In this document: piece after piece, positions 24,289 to 37,732 of the stretch
Layout: the number at the start of each line of letters is the position of its first letter
How positions within the stretch are numbered: the stretch's first letter is position 1
Origin: Octopus vulgaris
Taxonomy: Eukaryota
DNA: 64,000 bases
Assembly (NCBI GenBank): GCA_951406725.2
Contig: OX597820.1
Location: 35,340,001-35,404,000 of the forward strand
Direction: 5' to 3'
Translations under genes and position numbers: made by a program
Notes under the pieces: model-generated
Told to the model about the DNA's origin: nothing
Database searches by the model: none
Seen by the model: the letters and a program-made list of their open reading frames with translations, nothing else

Positions 24289-24655
24289 GGCGCAGGAGTG
24301 GCTGTGTGGTAAGTAGCTTGCTTACCAACCACATGGTTATGGGTTCAATCCCACTGCGTGGTACCTTGGGCAAGTGTCTTCTACTATAGTCTCAGGCCGA
24401 CCAAAGTCTTGTGAGTTGATTTGGTAGACGGAAACTGTAAGAAGCCCGTCGTATACGAATATATGTGTGTATGTGTGTCTGTGTTTGCCCCCACCCAACA
24501 TCGCTTGAGAACCGATGCTGGTGTGTTTATGCCACCGTAACTTAGCGGTTCGGCAAAAGAGACGATAGAATAAGTTCTGGGATCGATTTGCTCGACTAAA
24601 GGCGGTGCTCCAGCATGGCCGCAGTCAAATGACTGAAAGAAGTAAAAGAAAGAAA
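24289..24655 (+). mobile_element. SINE family A, full length
   Basis: ggcgcaggagtggctgtgtggtaag (A box)...gggttcaatccc (B box)...accttgggcaagtg (CORE-like)...gcagtcaaatgactgaaagaagtaaaag. Confidence 0.95.
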
Positions 24656-24679
24656 AAAGAATATATACCTCACTAGCCA

Positions 24680-24974
<295 letters not shown>

Positions 24975-25914
24975 TAGATATAGATATGTATAGATAGATA
25001 GATTGATAGATAGATACATACATACATACATACATACATACATACATACATACATACATACATACATACATACATACATACATACATACATACATACATA
25101 CATAACTACCTAAATGTGCAAATCAGTGTTTGCAAATAGGTAATTTTTTAAAATACGTAGAGAGATTGTTTCAATTTTTACATTTCCTCGTTGATATTAG
25201 TAACCTGTTATTGCTATCGAAAAGTCTTTGTCCATAAGTAATCAAAATAAACCGCTTTCTGTCTGTATGCGAGTATGTGCGTGTGGCAGTACGCCTGTAT
25301 CTGTGTGGATGGATGGTACGTGAAGTAATGCGAGTGTATACGCGAGCGTGTGTTTGTGTATACGTATTTGTGCGTGAGGTGCAGCTGTCTGTTATAAGTG
25401 CAATAGAATCCTAAGGCAACCTAGTGACACACATTAATTCCAAATACACAAAGTCCATATAAACAGAACTTAACAGAGTAAACACAGAAACAAACTCTCC
25501 AACCACCGTTGGAATTTCAACCAACAAAAGCCAACTGTCAGAATACCAAGTAATTTAAATAAAACAAATAAATATAAAGGAATTCGTATAAAAAGTTTAC
25601 TAAACGAAGTATTTGTTGTTTCGTCCGTTATTGTTTATTTTATTTTATTTGCCCCGTTTCGTTTCGTTGATTTATTATCGCATTTTCAAACTGAGAATTA
25701 CAGAGTTGTCTTTATGTAACAAAAAAAGATTCCTTGTCCATCGGAAAATACTGTCTATTTTATGAGATATTACGGCAATATGGCGTTGTTGTTCGCTTTT
25801 TTTTTATATCTTTTCTTCTGCCCCGGGTTTGTTTTCTGACGTATGATTATACATTATCAGAAATATTAAATTTCTAAATATCTCATAGATATATGTACGG
25901 TGGTGGGGCGATAT

Positions 25915-26070
25915 AATAGTTGTATACTGTCAATTTAACGTGACAGTAGGGGATTACACCACCGCTGTTTAGCCCTAGGAAGCATCGAACGCTTCCTGTC
26001 GGCTTCGACACATTTACTATGTCCTTATATATTTACGAAGGGGAGACAAATACCCCCAACAGCTGCAGAT
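25915..26070. mobile_element. Copy of the structured repeat at 23843/56388
   Basis: tagttgtatactgtcaatttaacgtgacagt...tttagccctaggaagca...gacacattt...gtccttat...aaggggagac. Confidence 0.7.
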
Positions 26071-26176
26071 TATACATTATGTATTATGCATAAGACAACT
26101 CTTGGTTATATCTCTTTTTATCGGTATGTCGGTCTGTCGATCAACATTATTAATTATATTATTAACAACAAAGTCT

Positions 26177-26367
26177 AAGGCGATGAACTGGCAGAATCGT
26201 TAGCATGTCGGGAAAAATGCTTTCAGTTCGAATTCCGCCGAGGGCGACTTTGCTTTTGATCCTTTCGGGGTATGTGAAATAAGTACCAGTTGAACTCTGG
26301 GGGCTGATGTGGTCGACTATCCCCTCCCGTGAAATTGCTGACCTTGTTCCAAAATTTGAAACCAATA
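26177..26367 (+). mobile_element. SINE family B with internal deletion
   Basis: aaggcgatgaactggcagaatcgttagc...ccgagggcgactttgcttttgatcctttcgggg...ccaaaatttgaaacc. Confidence 0.85.
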
Positions 26368-26589
26368 ATTCCAACAAAATTTATAGTAATGGAGGACTGG
26401 ATAAAAAACAAAACGAAAGAATGGAGAAATACGCTGTTAATCTTTAAGAAAAGCAATAAACACCGTAGAAATATATTTTAACTAAAGCAATATTTACACA
26501 ATGTAACAAGTAATAGTAATGGGAACGCTTCAAGAAAGAAAGCATTCAAACCACTTAGAAAAGAGATATCGACAACGGAGTTGCAAGTA

Positions 26590-26832
26590 GTGTAACGCCA
26601 TTGTCAATGGCGGTGGGTATGATAAAGATGTAGCGGTGGTGGTGGTGAGGGTTGTGAGTGGGGTTATGGTGGTGATGGTCGAGGTGTTGTTGGTGGCAGT
26701 GATAACGATGATGATAAGGATGATGATGATAATGATGATAATCATCATCATCATCATCATGATCATCATCATCCTTATCATCAATATCGTCATCATAACA
26801 GCTTAGTGAGGAAGTGATGATGATGGTGGTGG

Positions 26833-26869
<37 letters not shown>

Positions 26870-27176
26870 GATGATGACGATGATGATGTTAGTGGTGGTG
26901 GTGGTGGTAGTCCTAGTGCTGGCGGTGGCGAAAATTGTAGTGCTGGTGGTGGTGGTGAAGGTTTGAGCACATGATTGCGGTGATGGTGCTGGTGATGGCT
27001 TGCAGCGCAGGTGTCGACAGCGGCAGCAGTGATGACAACAACGATGAGAGTTATGGTACTGGTGGTGTTGGTGTTGTTGGTTGTTGTTATGATGGCGGCG
27101 GTTGTCTTTGCGATGTTGATGATGAAGATGATCGTGATGATGATGATGGTGATGATGATGATGATGCTGATGATGC

Positions 27177-27208
<32 letters not shown>

Positions 27209-27363
27209 GGGTGGGTACTGGTGGCGGTGCTAGTGCTGCTGGAGATGCTGGTTGTCCCGATGATGGTGATGACGCTGGTGACGATGGCAGCAACAATAAT
27301 GACGTCAAAGAAGATGGCGTCAACTACAAAAGAATTAACGATCACACGCTCATCGATGATTAG
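26590..27363. repeat. (GAT/GGT)n low-complexity domain containing an Asp/Gly-rich ORF at 26971-27363
   Basis: Directly visible; several frames on both strands are open. Confidence 0.9.
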
Positions 27364-27499
27364 GTGATCGATAACAACAATATCCCCCACAATTACTGCC
27401 CTCTCCTTCCCCTCTCCTTCCCCTCTCCACATCACTCCGAACTCCCCCCGGCCCTTGTTTCAGTGATCAGCGTCCAGTGACAATCGAGAAATTTTCATA

Positions 27500-27665
27500 T
27501 GCGCAGGCGTCACTTTGTCGTAAGAAGTTTGGTCTCCAGTCACATGATTCCGGGTTCAGACCCCCTGCGTGGCACCTTAGACCTCTTATTCTACTATAGT
27601 CATAGGTTGACCAAAGCCTTCTCGGTAGATTCGGTTGGCAGAAACTGAAAGAAGCCCGTCATATA
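27500..27665 (+). mobile_element. SINE family A, 5' half, diverged
   Basis: gcgcaggcgt...cacatgattccgggttcagac...tgcgtggcacctt...gaaactgaaagaagcccgtc. Confidence 0.85.
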
Positions 27666-27963
27666 TATGTATTGTTACAAAATCAGTGATTGTATGACTC
27701 CGTGTTTTCTATATATTACAAGTGAGGTTAAAAACTTGCCATGCCTGGTAACGAATACGCATCGCCGAGGAGATCCAATACAGATCGAAACTACGTGGTC
27801 TAGTGGTCTTGTGGTTAGAGCGGCAGGAGTTACATCCCGCTTGCAGTAAATATCTTTGAGGGCAGCCATATTAAATGACCATAAGCAATACTTTTTGGTT
27901 CTTATACTGCTTCTATCTCGAACAGAGTTTTTCTAACGGACTATTTTTCTTGTTATGTCTTTG

Positions 27964-28004
<41 letters not shown>

Positions 28005-30634
28005 CTATATATATGCATACATACATACATACATACATACATACATACATACGTATATATTTATATATATATATATATTTACACACACACAGACACACAC
28101 ACACAGACACTCACACACACACACACACACATATGTAACCTGGCTGTTGTTAGGTTCCTTGCAAGATCTGACAGATCAACGTCAGGCCAGCCGTGACTAA
28201 CCTGTCAGTTCATTTTCACAGTGAACCCTGGATTACATAGTCGACCTTGTTTTTTTTTATCTAAGACGTCGGTGCGTAATTCGAAAGCTGTTACGCTGCT
28301 ATTTCTAGCTTGCCGATTATCCAACCAGAAGTTCCCTCATTAGTACGATGTTCATGATGTAAAGAGTGATGCTGGTACGGATTGTCTCGTTGCTATTTGA
28401 AGCAAATATTGTTAGGAAAGGCGTAAAAGCCACACCATGCTGCTTTACTTTTTATTCCTCGCCTGTCTGTTATTATTATTTTTTTTTGAAATTTAATTAG
28501 AATGACATGAAGACATTCTACGTCAGAGAAAGGCGAAAGGCAAATGTCGGCATTAATTAAAGACATCAAAAAGAAAAAGCAAAAGACTATAACAACAATA
28601 ACCTCCACGACATCACGTTAATGACGAATAACAGAGGAAACATAATGAATAACATTAAAATATAAACAATAACAAGAACAAAATAAGAAATCAAATATGG
28701 CGACCAACATAAAGAAAATATGAGATGAAACTGAGACTATCAAGTAATTTTGTTCGGATCTAATTTCTCTATAGAAACATTCCAGAGATCGATATATAGG
28801 TTTAAACTTTGCCGATTAATTGTATATGTAAGTTGTTTATTGGATATGGCTTTTTTATAATATTTGGCAAAACGAGGCACATGAAATATCCGAAATAGTG
28901 AAATACTGAACAAGCATTTCAGTTGTATTTTGTTTCTGCTGACAGTAATCCGAGTTTAGATACTTACAAAGTTGTGTCTTCACTTGTTATTGTTTGGAAA
29001 ACATTACATTTTCTTTTACCTCTCTCTAAACATTGTCTTCTTTTAGTGTTGTTGTTGTTGTTGTATAGCACTAGGTCAGTTCTGATCTTGCAGATGTATT
29101 ATGATCGATAGTTTTTTTTGTTTTTTTTTTACTGAAGTATAGATTATTCAACATTGTACTTTGTAATGTAATTTCAGAGAGATTTGGCCATTTCCTTTTA
29201 GCATATTGTGCGTGGCTACTTTGCGGCTTTCAGTTGTCTTCATCTTGGTAATGCCCTTAACGCAAAAATTGTATCCCATCCAACACTCAGCTCTCCATAT
29301 CTACCATTCATCCCTCTTGTATATAACAAAGTCAGTATATTCATTAAATCTAACGTTACATCTGACAAGATCCTCGGTAAATAGTGAAAGGTTTGTTTTT
29401 CACAAAGCCCCCTTCATCACAATAAACGTCGACAGTTTCCTCTGTATTCTTGAGAAGAGTGAAGACTGGTATATTTAGCTTCCTCAAAGTACGTTTCCTT
29501 TAGAATTCAGTGTTTTAAGCGTCATACCAAACATTTGGTAAGTCCAGACATCCTGGTTCTACACTAACTATTATGCCCACTCTTTCCTTTCCAGAACCTA
29601 ATCCCAGTAGAAACGTCTTCCTGGTCATATCTTTTCTGTAGGTATTGGCCTGCAAGATTTAAATAAAATAATAATGGGTATCAAGCCCAACAATCCCTGA
29701 GTTGTTGCGAAGGTCATGGACAATCTATCAGATAGGCTACGCGGCTAACTAAATTACTAACAGACAAACTCGAGCCTCTGACATGCAGGCAGAATGTCTT
29801 CTGTCTCTGTCTTTTTGTATCGCTTGTCGACTATAGAGGTCTCTCTTCATTGCAACTGGTTGATTTAGTACATCTGTTGTAAGTGTAAGTGTATTTGTAA
29901 TTTGAGCCTTGAGTACAAACCAGACTAATAAAATATAACCAGCTGGATCCCAGGGAAGAAGAAAAGAATTCGTACAACAATCAGTAAAAACAAAACTGTC
30001 TGTCAGCCACAAATTCCGAGCGAAAACACTTGCATGGTAAAGAGATTGACTTCCAGAGACGCGACAGGTTGAACGCCACGTTAACGTGCTAAAAGCTATT
30101 GTTCTTCTTATCCCTATCATCTTCCACCCCAACAAGGGAGGCAACAGTTTGAATACCATGTTCACGTACTAAGAGATAAATGGTCATTATATCCCTAACA
30201 ACCTCGTCCACCGAGACACAGTAAGACACACTCGTTTCTCTACCTCTTGTAATAATTATTGAGGCCAACTCCCTTAGCCCCCAAATAACCATTATTCCCA
30301 CTGCCCCCTACTCTAGAACCTCACCCCTTTGGAATCTTCTTGCTCATGTTTTTCCTGTTTGTCTTGAACATCATTAAACGGAAAATTAACAGCATCAAGC
30401 TGGTTAGTCTCAAAGTGCCTGTATAAGTCATATGCACTTTCTCCAGACTCGCCAATAAAAAAGAAATAAGAATGTCTGCGCTCTTGCAATAAGTAATTTA
30501 ATTGTCTTTATTTTATCCAATTTATTCTGTTGACTATCAAGTGTAAATCGTAATGGAGAGCAATGCCCGAAGCTTATTTCTTCTGCTAATGTTTCTATTC
30601 AACGACAGTATTTGGAATTGGTCAGCACAGGTCC

Positions 30635-30835
30635 ACATGTTTATCTAATACGGCAGTCTGGCATGAGGAACAAAAGAGAGTACATCTTGTTGAATTTACT
30701 TTGCCGCATGACAATATTGATGCTGCTCAGGTTAAGAAAGACATGTCTTATGAGGTGCTACTAGAAGGCTGTAATGATGCTGGTCGGAGTGCATTCGCTT
30801 TCCTGTAGAAGTTGGATGTAGAGTTTTATTGAATT
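30635..30835 (+). mobile_element. Restriction-like endonuclease fragment of a Hero/R2-group non-LTR retrotransposon
   Basis: AVWHEEQKRVHLVEFTLPHDNIDAAQVKKDMSYEVLLEGCNDAGRSA, then after a frameshift FPVEVGCR, matching the (RPD)..ELTVP..K..KY..PVEVGCRGF pattern. Confidence 0.7.
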
Positions 30836-31679
30836 TAGACTTTGATGGTGGATGTTATCAACTAGCATGAATAATCGTCAATCCAGTCACTAACTGAGAG
30901 GGAGAGCTAACCATTGAATATGGATGAAAATGGATGATGAAACCTGGTTAGAGAAATAATGTAAAGTTGTGAGGCAGGTCTCTGTTTACCTATATGGGAA
31001 GTCAAACCTACACAACCCCACAATTTGAATGGAGCCGATGTTCTGAGATGACGGATTTATGATTGAATGCTAGTCAGGTGATCCAGTAGGTGGGACCTTA
31101 CATTAAAGTAAGGAGCCAGTCTGCTGTAAAGCCGGTGCAAGGAAGGCCTCGAAATGGTGCGCATTCTCTCTTGAGAATGCGTATTGGCGCTCGGTATGCG
31201 AAGCTTGCGATTGGCAGAACTTACACAAGCAAGCTGTCTGAAAGTCTCAACACTGGATTCTCTTTACTCGAACCCTTTCCTTCAGGGAATCGAACCTGTG
31301 TCTATATAACACATTTCAATAGCTAATAACGTGATTGTGGAGACAGGACACAAAAATTAAAGTATCGAACTTACACTATTTTTTAAATATTATTTCTACA
31401 GTGTCTTCAAGCGCCAAACGAGAGGAACTTTGAAATGCTAGAAATAGAAACCAAAATATCTCTTAAATCGCATCCTAGTAACAATGTTTATAGAAAGCGA
31501 AGGAAAGATGCACTGGATGATATATCCCTTGATACACTGTGGCTGAAAAATGTTATCGGATGATCACAGCTGGAATGCTTTTGAACAAAACAATCCGACT
31601 GTGATCGTCCTTGCTTGATGAAGGTTGACCTGTGGCTATCAGCTACAAAAGTAACTTTACTCACAACAACTGAAACTGA

Positions 31680-31731
<52 letters not shown>

Positions 31732-31828
31732 GCTGCAACAACAATTAAAGCAACCAAAACAACTACTATCACACACCTAAAGTAACAATAAATACTATTA
31801 ATACTACTGTTATTGCTGTTACATCTTA

Positions 31829-31863
<35 letters not shown>

Positions 31864-31939
31864 TTAATGCTGATGACGAAATACAATAACAACAACAACT
31901 ACTCGAACGACAACAAAGACTAAAACAACAACAATAATA

Positions 31940-32335
31940 CTTTCTACCATAGGAACAAGACCTGGAATTCGTGAAGAGAGAGATCGTCGATTACATCGAC
32001 CCCAGTACGCAACTGGTACTTAATTTGCCGACCCCGAAAGGGTGAAAGGCAAAGTCGACCTCGTCGGAATTTGAACACAGAACGTAAAGACGACCGAAAT
32101 ACCTATTTCTTTGCTACCCACAAGGGGCTAAACACAGAGGGGACAAACAAGGACAGACAAATGGATTAAGTCGATTACATCGACCCCAGTGCGTAACTGG
32201 TACATATTTAATCGATCCCGAAAGGATGAAAGGCAAAGTCGACCTCGGCGAAATTTGAACTCAGAACGTAACGGCAGACGAAATACGGCTACGCATTTCG
32301 CCCGGCGTGCTAACGTTTCTGCCAGCTCGCCGCCC
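31940..32335 (-). mobile_element. SINE family B dimer (full tail-A unit plus head-truncated unit)
   Basis: Two cores; junction gaaatacc|tatttc at 32096-32109. Confidence 0.92.
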
Positions 32336-32879
32336 TTAAAGCAAAAACAATAAATCAGTAACAACAATAACAACAAAATCGACTTTATCATTGATCTTTA
32401 TGTGCTCGATTAATCAAACGCCAATAAATATAATGAGCTACGTCCAATCAACCAACCGATCACTTGGATCGTCTCAACAGAGATAATTTATTTTAATGAA
32501 CATAGGATTCGATTAGACACAAAGCAATTTTCAATTCACTATTGGAATTATTGATTTTTTTTGTTTCGTCGCACAAAAGAACATATTTATAGAGGTGGGC
32601 CTTATTGGATTGGATTACCTACGAGTATATTACAAGTAGGTATATTAGACGTCGCGAGACATTTAGTGTGAGCGCTGGAAGTGCTAGACATAACAGTTTA
32701 AATATTTCTCAAATCACATACTATTTTCTTTAGAATAATGAGGAACACTTAATATATTTTCGAATTAAAAATTAATTAAAGGTGGATTGCTCATAGAGAT
32801 AACGATAACCCAAGCTCAGTATTTTTTCACAATCCCATGCAGGTGTAAAAAATTTGTCTTCATACTGGGACCGATGAGT

Positions 32880-33205
32880 GGTGAAAGTTAGGGTGGTGGT
32901 GGTGGTCGTCGTCGTCGTCGTTGTGGTTGTGGCGGTGGCAGCGGTTGCAGCGGAGAAGGCGGCGGCGGCGGTGACGGTGATGGTGGTGGTGGTCGTCGTC
33001 GTGGCTGTGGTGGCTGCAGCGGTTGCAGCGGCGGTGGCAGCGGCGAAGGCGACGGCAGCGGCAGCGGCGAAGGCGACGGCAGCGGTGAAGGCGACGGCAG
33101 CGGCGGCGAAGGCGATGGTAGCGGCGGCGGTGGTGGTGATGGTGGTGGCGGCAGTGGTGGTGATGGTGGTCGTCGTCGTCATCGTCGGGTGGTGGTGGTG
33201 GTGTT
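32880..33205. repeat. GC-rich (GCG/GTG/GTC) low-complexity tract with about four copies of GAAGGCGACGGCAGCG
   Basis: Directly visible. Confidence 0.9.
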
Positions 33206-33206
33206 G

Positions 33207-33341
33207 GTGGCGAGCTGGCAGAATCGTTAGCACGCCGGGCAAAATGCGTAGCCGTATTTCGTCTGCCGTTACGTTCTGAGTTCAAATTCCGCTGAGGTCG
33301 ACTTTGCCTTTCATCCTTTCGGGGTCGATTAAATAAGTACC
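33207..33341 (+). mobile_element. SINE family B, 3'-truncated
   Basis: ggtggcgagctggcagaatcgttagcacgccgggc...ggggtcgattaaataagtaccag. Confidence 0.92.
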
Positions 33342-34109
33342 AGAGACAAAAAATAACACCTAACATGGACTGAACACCAGAAGGTTCAACGGGCAAATGG
33401 AAAACATATTAAATATTGAAGAATCTATTCTTCAAATATCAAACAGAGGTATTGAATGCTGCAGTTACGTCTGAAAAAAAGCATTTCAACATTTTTTTTC
33501 TCGAAGGCTTTCAGACGAGCTTCACAGGTCGAGTAGTCTATCTTCTCTCGAAGTAACCAGAGAAAAGTTAGACAGGGTATTCTCGAGGCAGTCGTGCTGC
33601 CTTCATTGTTCATAGAACCATCTACCCATCCATCCATCCATCCACTTTCTCTGCCTGCTATTCCTGGCTACGTTCTGAGCATAAAATACTCAGTCATCTC
33701 CTTCATAGGGTCCTATCGGCAACAATCATCATTACTAGACCCTCTATACAAATACCAGCTTGCTGCACTGGTGTGAATACGAACACCAAAGCCTTACTAT
33801 ACGAAAAGGGTTCGAAAAAAATGATAGTGATAACAAATTGTACGACGCACAGAACTAGTTTGTTTATGCCTCCCGGAATTTTACTGTTCGATAAGAGCGA
33901 CGGCTATAATAAGTACGAGACTCTGTAAACTTGTAAAAAAATATTTACTGAGGCCGATTTGATATACTAAAACCTTTAATGTGGTGCCAAGCTCGGTTTC
34001 AGGCCAATGCTTGAAACAAGCAAAAAAAAAAAAAAACTAAAATAAGACATGAGTCATCGTAAGCACCATCCTCCTCCTCCTCCTCCTCATCATCATCATC
34101 ATCATCATC

Positions 34110-34158
<49 letters not shown>

Positions 34159-34820
34159 CCAACACCATTACCATCATCATAATCATCATCATCACCATTC
34201 ATCATCACCAACACCATCATCATCATCATCATCACCACCGCAACCATCATCATCATAATCATGATCCTCGCCTTCATCGTCATCATCACCAACATCATTA
34301 CCACTATCATAATCATCATCATCACCATTCATCATCATCATCACTATCATCATGATAGTGATGATGATGATGAATGGTGATGATGATGATGAATGGTGAT
34401 GATGATGACTATGATAGTCGTAATGGTCATCATCATCATCATCATCATCATCGCCATCAAGACTGTCATCATCATCATTATTAATATTATTAATATTGGG
34501 CGGCAAAATAGCAATACAATTAGTGCAGTTTAACAAACTGTTTAGCGTCATTTCTTCTGGCTTTTTGACGTTACGAGTTCAAATTCCGTGAACGTTTATT
34601 TTGCATCGCATTATTTCGTGGTCGATTAAATAAGTACCAGTTGAATACCAGACCTTGCGCCAACAATAGAAAGGATTATTATTATCTCTGTCAAATTTGC
34701 CTTTCATCCTCCTGGTATCGATGAAATATACTACCAGTCAAGTGCTGGGGTCCTTGTAATTGACTAATTCCCTTCTAAGGTTGTTGGCCTTGTACCACAA
34801 TTTGAACCAATTAAAATAAT

Positions 34821-34874
<54 letters not shown>

Positions 34875-34900
34875 CATAATAATAATAATAATAATAATAA

Positions 34901-35435
34901 TGCTGTACCAGACAGTGGCTCTCATGGCTCCTGATCTTAACTGATTGGAAGTGTTATCATGTACATTGTTTTGTCTTGGTATAAAAGATGGGCTATGGCA
35001 AATATTCGGCTCAATACCTCAGATTTGCTTGACCTTAACTGGTTGAGCATGTTCCTTAGTGGCTGACGACATGTGCATCTCTGATCACAAGCAGAAGTAG
35101 TGGGGGAACATCATAGCCGTATGTTGAAAGGAATTCTTAGAGGTTTGGATAATTCACATTTGGAAACATGGGTAGTTCGTGCAACAACCTTAAACAATCC
35201 TTATTCGGGGAACTTTTGAGCGACATGGGCTACTCGACCAGAAGAAAATTCTAACTGGGCCCCACCTGCAAGGTCATGCGCTGTTTATCTTGATATGAAA
35301 TCACCATGTCGCGCACATATGGTTGTGATGCATGTGCCTGGTGTACCCTTATCAGACGGGTAGTCATGATGGGTATTCTGGGCTTCGTATATTTTACCCA
35401 GTGTCACTCTGATGGCATGCACTGCTATCTCCCTC

Positions 35436-35436
<1 letters not shown>
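34901..35436 (+). mobile_element. ~540 bp non-coding interspersed element embedded in (AAT)n
   Basis: Flanked on both sides by long (AAT)n; reverse-complement copies at 36296-36665, 36666-37011 and 40008-40950; transcriptional orientation unknown. Confidence 0.9.
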
Positions 35437-35527
<91 letters not shown>

Positions 35528-35534
35528 TAATAAT

Positions 35535-35738
35535 CCTTTCTACTAGAAGCACAACGTCTCAAATTTGGGGGAAGATTTACATCGACCCCAATGCGTAACT
35601 GGTACTAATTTTATCGACCCCGAAAAGATGAAAAGCAAAGTCGATCTCGGTAGAATTTGAACTCAGAACGTAAAGACAGACGAAATACCGCTAAGCATTA
35701 CGCCTGGCCTGCTAACGATTCTGCTAGCTCCCCACCTT
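35535..35738 (-). mobile_element. SINE family B
   Basis: Core atcgaccccgaaaagatgaaaagcaaagtcgatctcgg; lies in (AAT)n. Confidence 0.9.
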
Positions 35739-35819
35739 AGATAATAATAATAACAACAACAACAGAAACAAAAGCAGCTGCAGCAGCAGCAACAACAACA
35801 ACAACAATGATAATAATAA

Positions 35820-36280
35820 GTTGTGGACAAAATGGTGAAACCGTATGGCATATTACCAGTCAATGTACTTTACTAGCGCAGAAAAAATATAAGAGACGTC
35901 ATGACAATATAGCAAGGATTGTCTATTGGACACTTTGCAACAAGTATGGACTTGACAAAGCAAAAATATGGTACGAACATAAACCCGAAGGCATCATCGA
36001 AAATGATAATACAAAGATCCTATGGGAATTTATGATTCAGTGCGACTATGATATAGAGAATTGGAAACCAGACATAGTGTTAATTAAATCAAACGATGCT
36101 GGATCATAAATACAGTATGCCCAGCTGACAGCAAGGTACGCGATAAGGAAGAAAGAAAAGTCGATAGATATGACAGGTTAAGTAGTTGAGGTCGCTGAAA
36201 AAGGTGGGAACATAAATTTAAAATCTTGAGAAGTAAAAGGAACAAATAGGGACTGCAATAAGGGTGGAGCACTTGCAGCC
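35820..36280 (+). mobile_element. R4/Dong-clade LINE 3' fragment (zinc knuckle plus RLE endonuclease)
   Basis: CGQNGETVWHITSQC, YKRRHDNIARIVYW, WYEHKPEGIIEND, KILWEFMIQCD, KPDIVLI. Confidence 0.9.
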
Positions 36281-36295
36281 CTATATACGAAGCTC

Positions 36296-37010
36296 TATAT
36301 ACCCATCATGAGTACTTCTCTGATAAGAGTACACTAAACACATGTATGGGAACCACATGCGTGTTTCATGGTGATCTCATATCAAGATAAACAGTGCATG
36401 ACCTTGCACTATATTTCCAAAGGTGAATTATTCAAACCCCAAAGAATTCATCCCAAAATATGGATATGATGCTCGCCCACTACTTCTGCTCGTAATCAGA
36501 GATGCACATATCGTCAGCCACTAAGAGAAATACTCAACAGGTTAGTGACAAAAAACAACTGATAAGCAAATCTGCGGTATTGAGCAGAATATTTGCTTTA
36601 GCCCATCTTTTATACGAAGACAAAACTTGTACATGATAACACTTCCAATCAGTTATGATCAAAATCCCTGCTCAAAAGGTCCCTGAATAAGGGTTGTTTA
36701 AGGATGTTGAACGAAACACCCATGTTTCCTGAGGTGAAATATCCAAACCCCAAAGAATTCCTCTCAACACATGGCTATGATGCTCCCCCACTACTTCTGC
36801 TCGTGATCAGAGGTGCACATATCGTCAGCCACTAAGGGACATGCTTAACTGGTTAAGGTCAAACAACTGACAAGCAAATCTGTGGTATTGAGCAGAATAT
36901 TTGCTGTAGCCCATCTTTTATACCAAGACAAAACAATGTACATGATAAAAACTTCCAATCAGTTAAGATGAGAAGCCATGAGAGCCACTGCCTGGTACAG
37001 CATCAGGGCA

Positions 37011-37011
<1 letters not shown>
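36296..37011 (-). mobile_element. Two partial tandem copies of the (AAT)n-flanked element
   Basis: gcacatatcgtcagccactaag and gcaaatctgYggtattgagcagaatatttgct each occur twice; reverse complement of 34901-35436. Confidence 0.9.
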
Positions 37012-37072
<61 letters not shown>

Positions 37073-37420
37073 GTGTTATTATTCTCTTTTTAAATGTGAA
37101 GAGTCAGTAGCAAATAAAAGCAGAAAACAAAGGAACTGTTCCGCCATAGTCTGATGGTAATTAGTTTCCAAGGCCAATGGAACCCATAGATATTTCTAAC
37201 CAATTCCTCTGCTGTTGTTTCGAAACAATTACATCCAAAGACCGTCAAGAACGCTGACTAGCATATCAGCTGTGTCCATAGCAATTGTTATACAACAATT
37301 AACTACAATCACAAAACCAATACACTTTACAATTGGATTGTGATGTCTCTTTTCCTTTTTGCTTTTTTTATCTTCTCTCTTTCGTTTCTCTGTATGGTGG
37401 TTGTGTGTATGAATGTGTGT

Positions 37421-37464
<44 letters not shown>

Positions 37465-37629
37465 GTGTGTGTGTGCGTGTGTGTGTCTGTGTGTGTGTGC
37501 GTGCTACTTTGCTCTCTTTCTGGTTCATTTCATTTAGTTTCTGATCTCGCTGATTTCATGACTATCAATACATATACGCACATATACACACATATAAACA
37601 TACACACACGAATACACACACACACACAC

Positions 37630-37664
<35 letters not shown>

Positions 37665-37732
37665 TGTATGTATGTATGTATGTATGTATGTATGTATGTA
37701 TTATGTATGTATGTATGTATGTATGTATGTAT

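Noticed and set aside
30089-30480. SGNH/GDSL esterase remnant (FIGES, VLLCLGG)
   Set aside because: The motifs fall in different frames, the catalytic GDS/GxND/DxxH residues are absent, and a gag-like reading is equally plausible.
32878-33279. Ala-rich ORF resembling type I antifreeze protein
   Set aside because: Thr spacing is 6-8 rather than 11 residues, the ORF is embedded in (GTG/GTC)n, runs into a SINE, and the antisense frames are open too.
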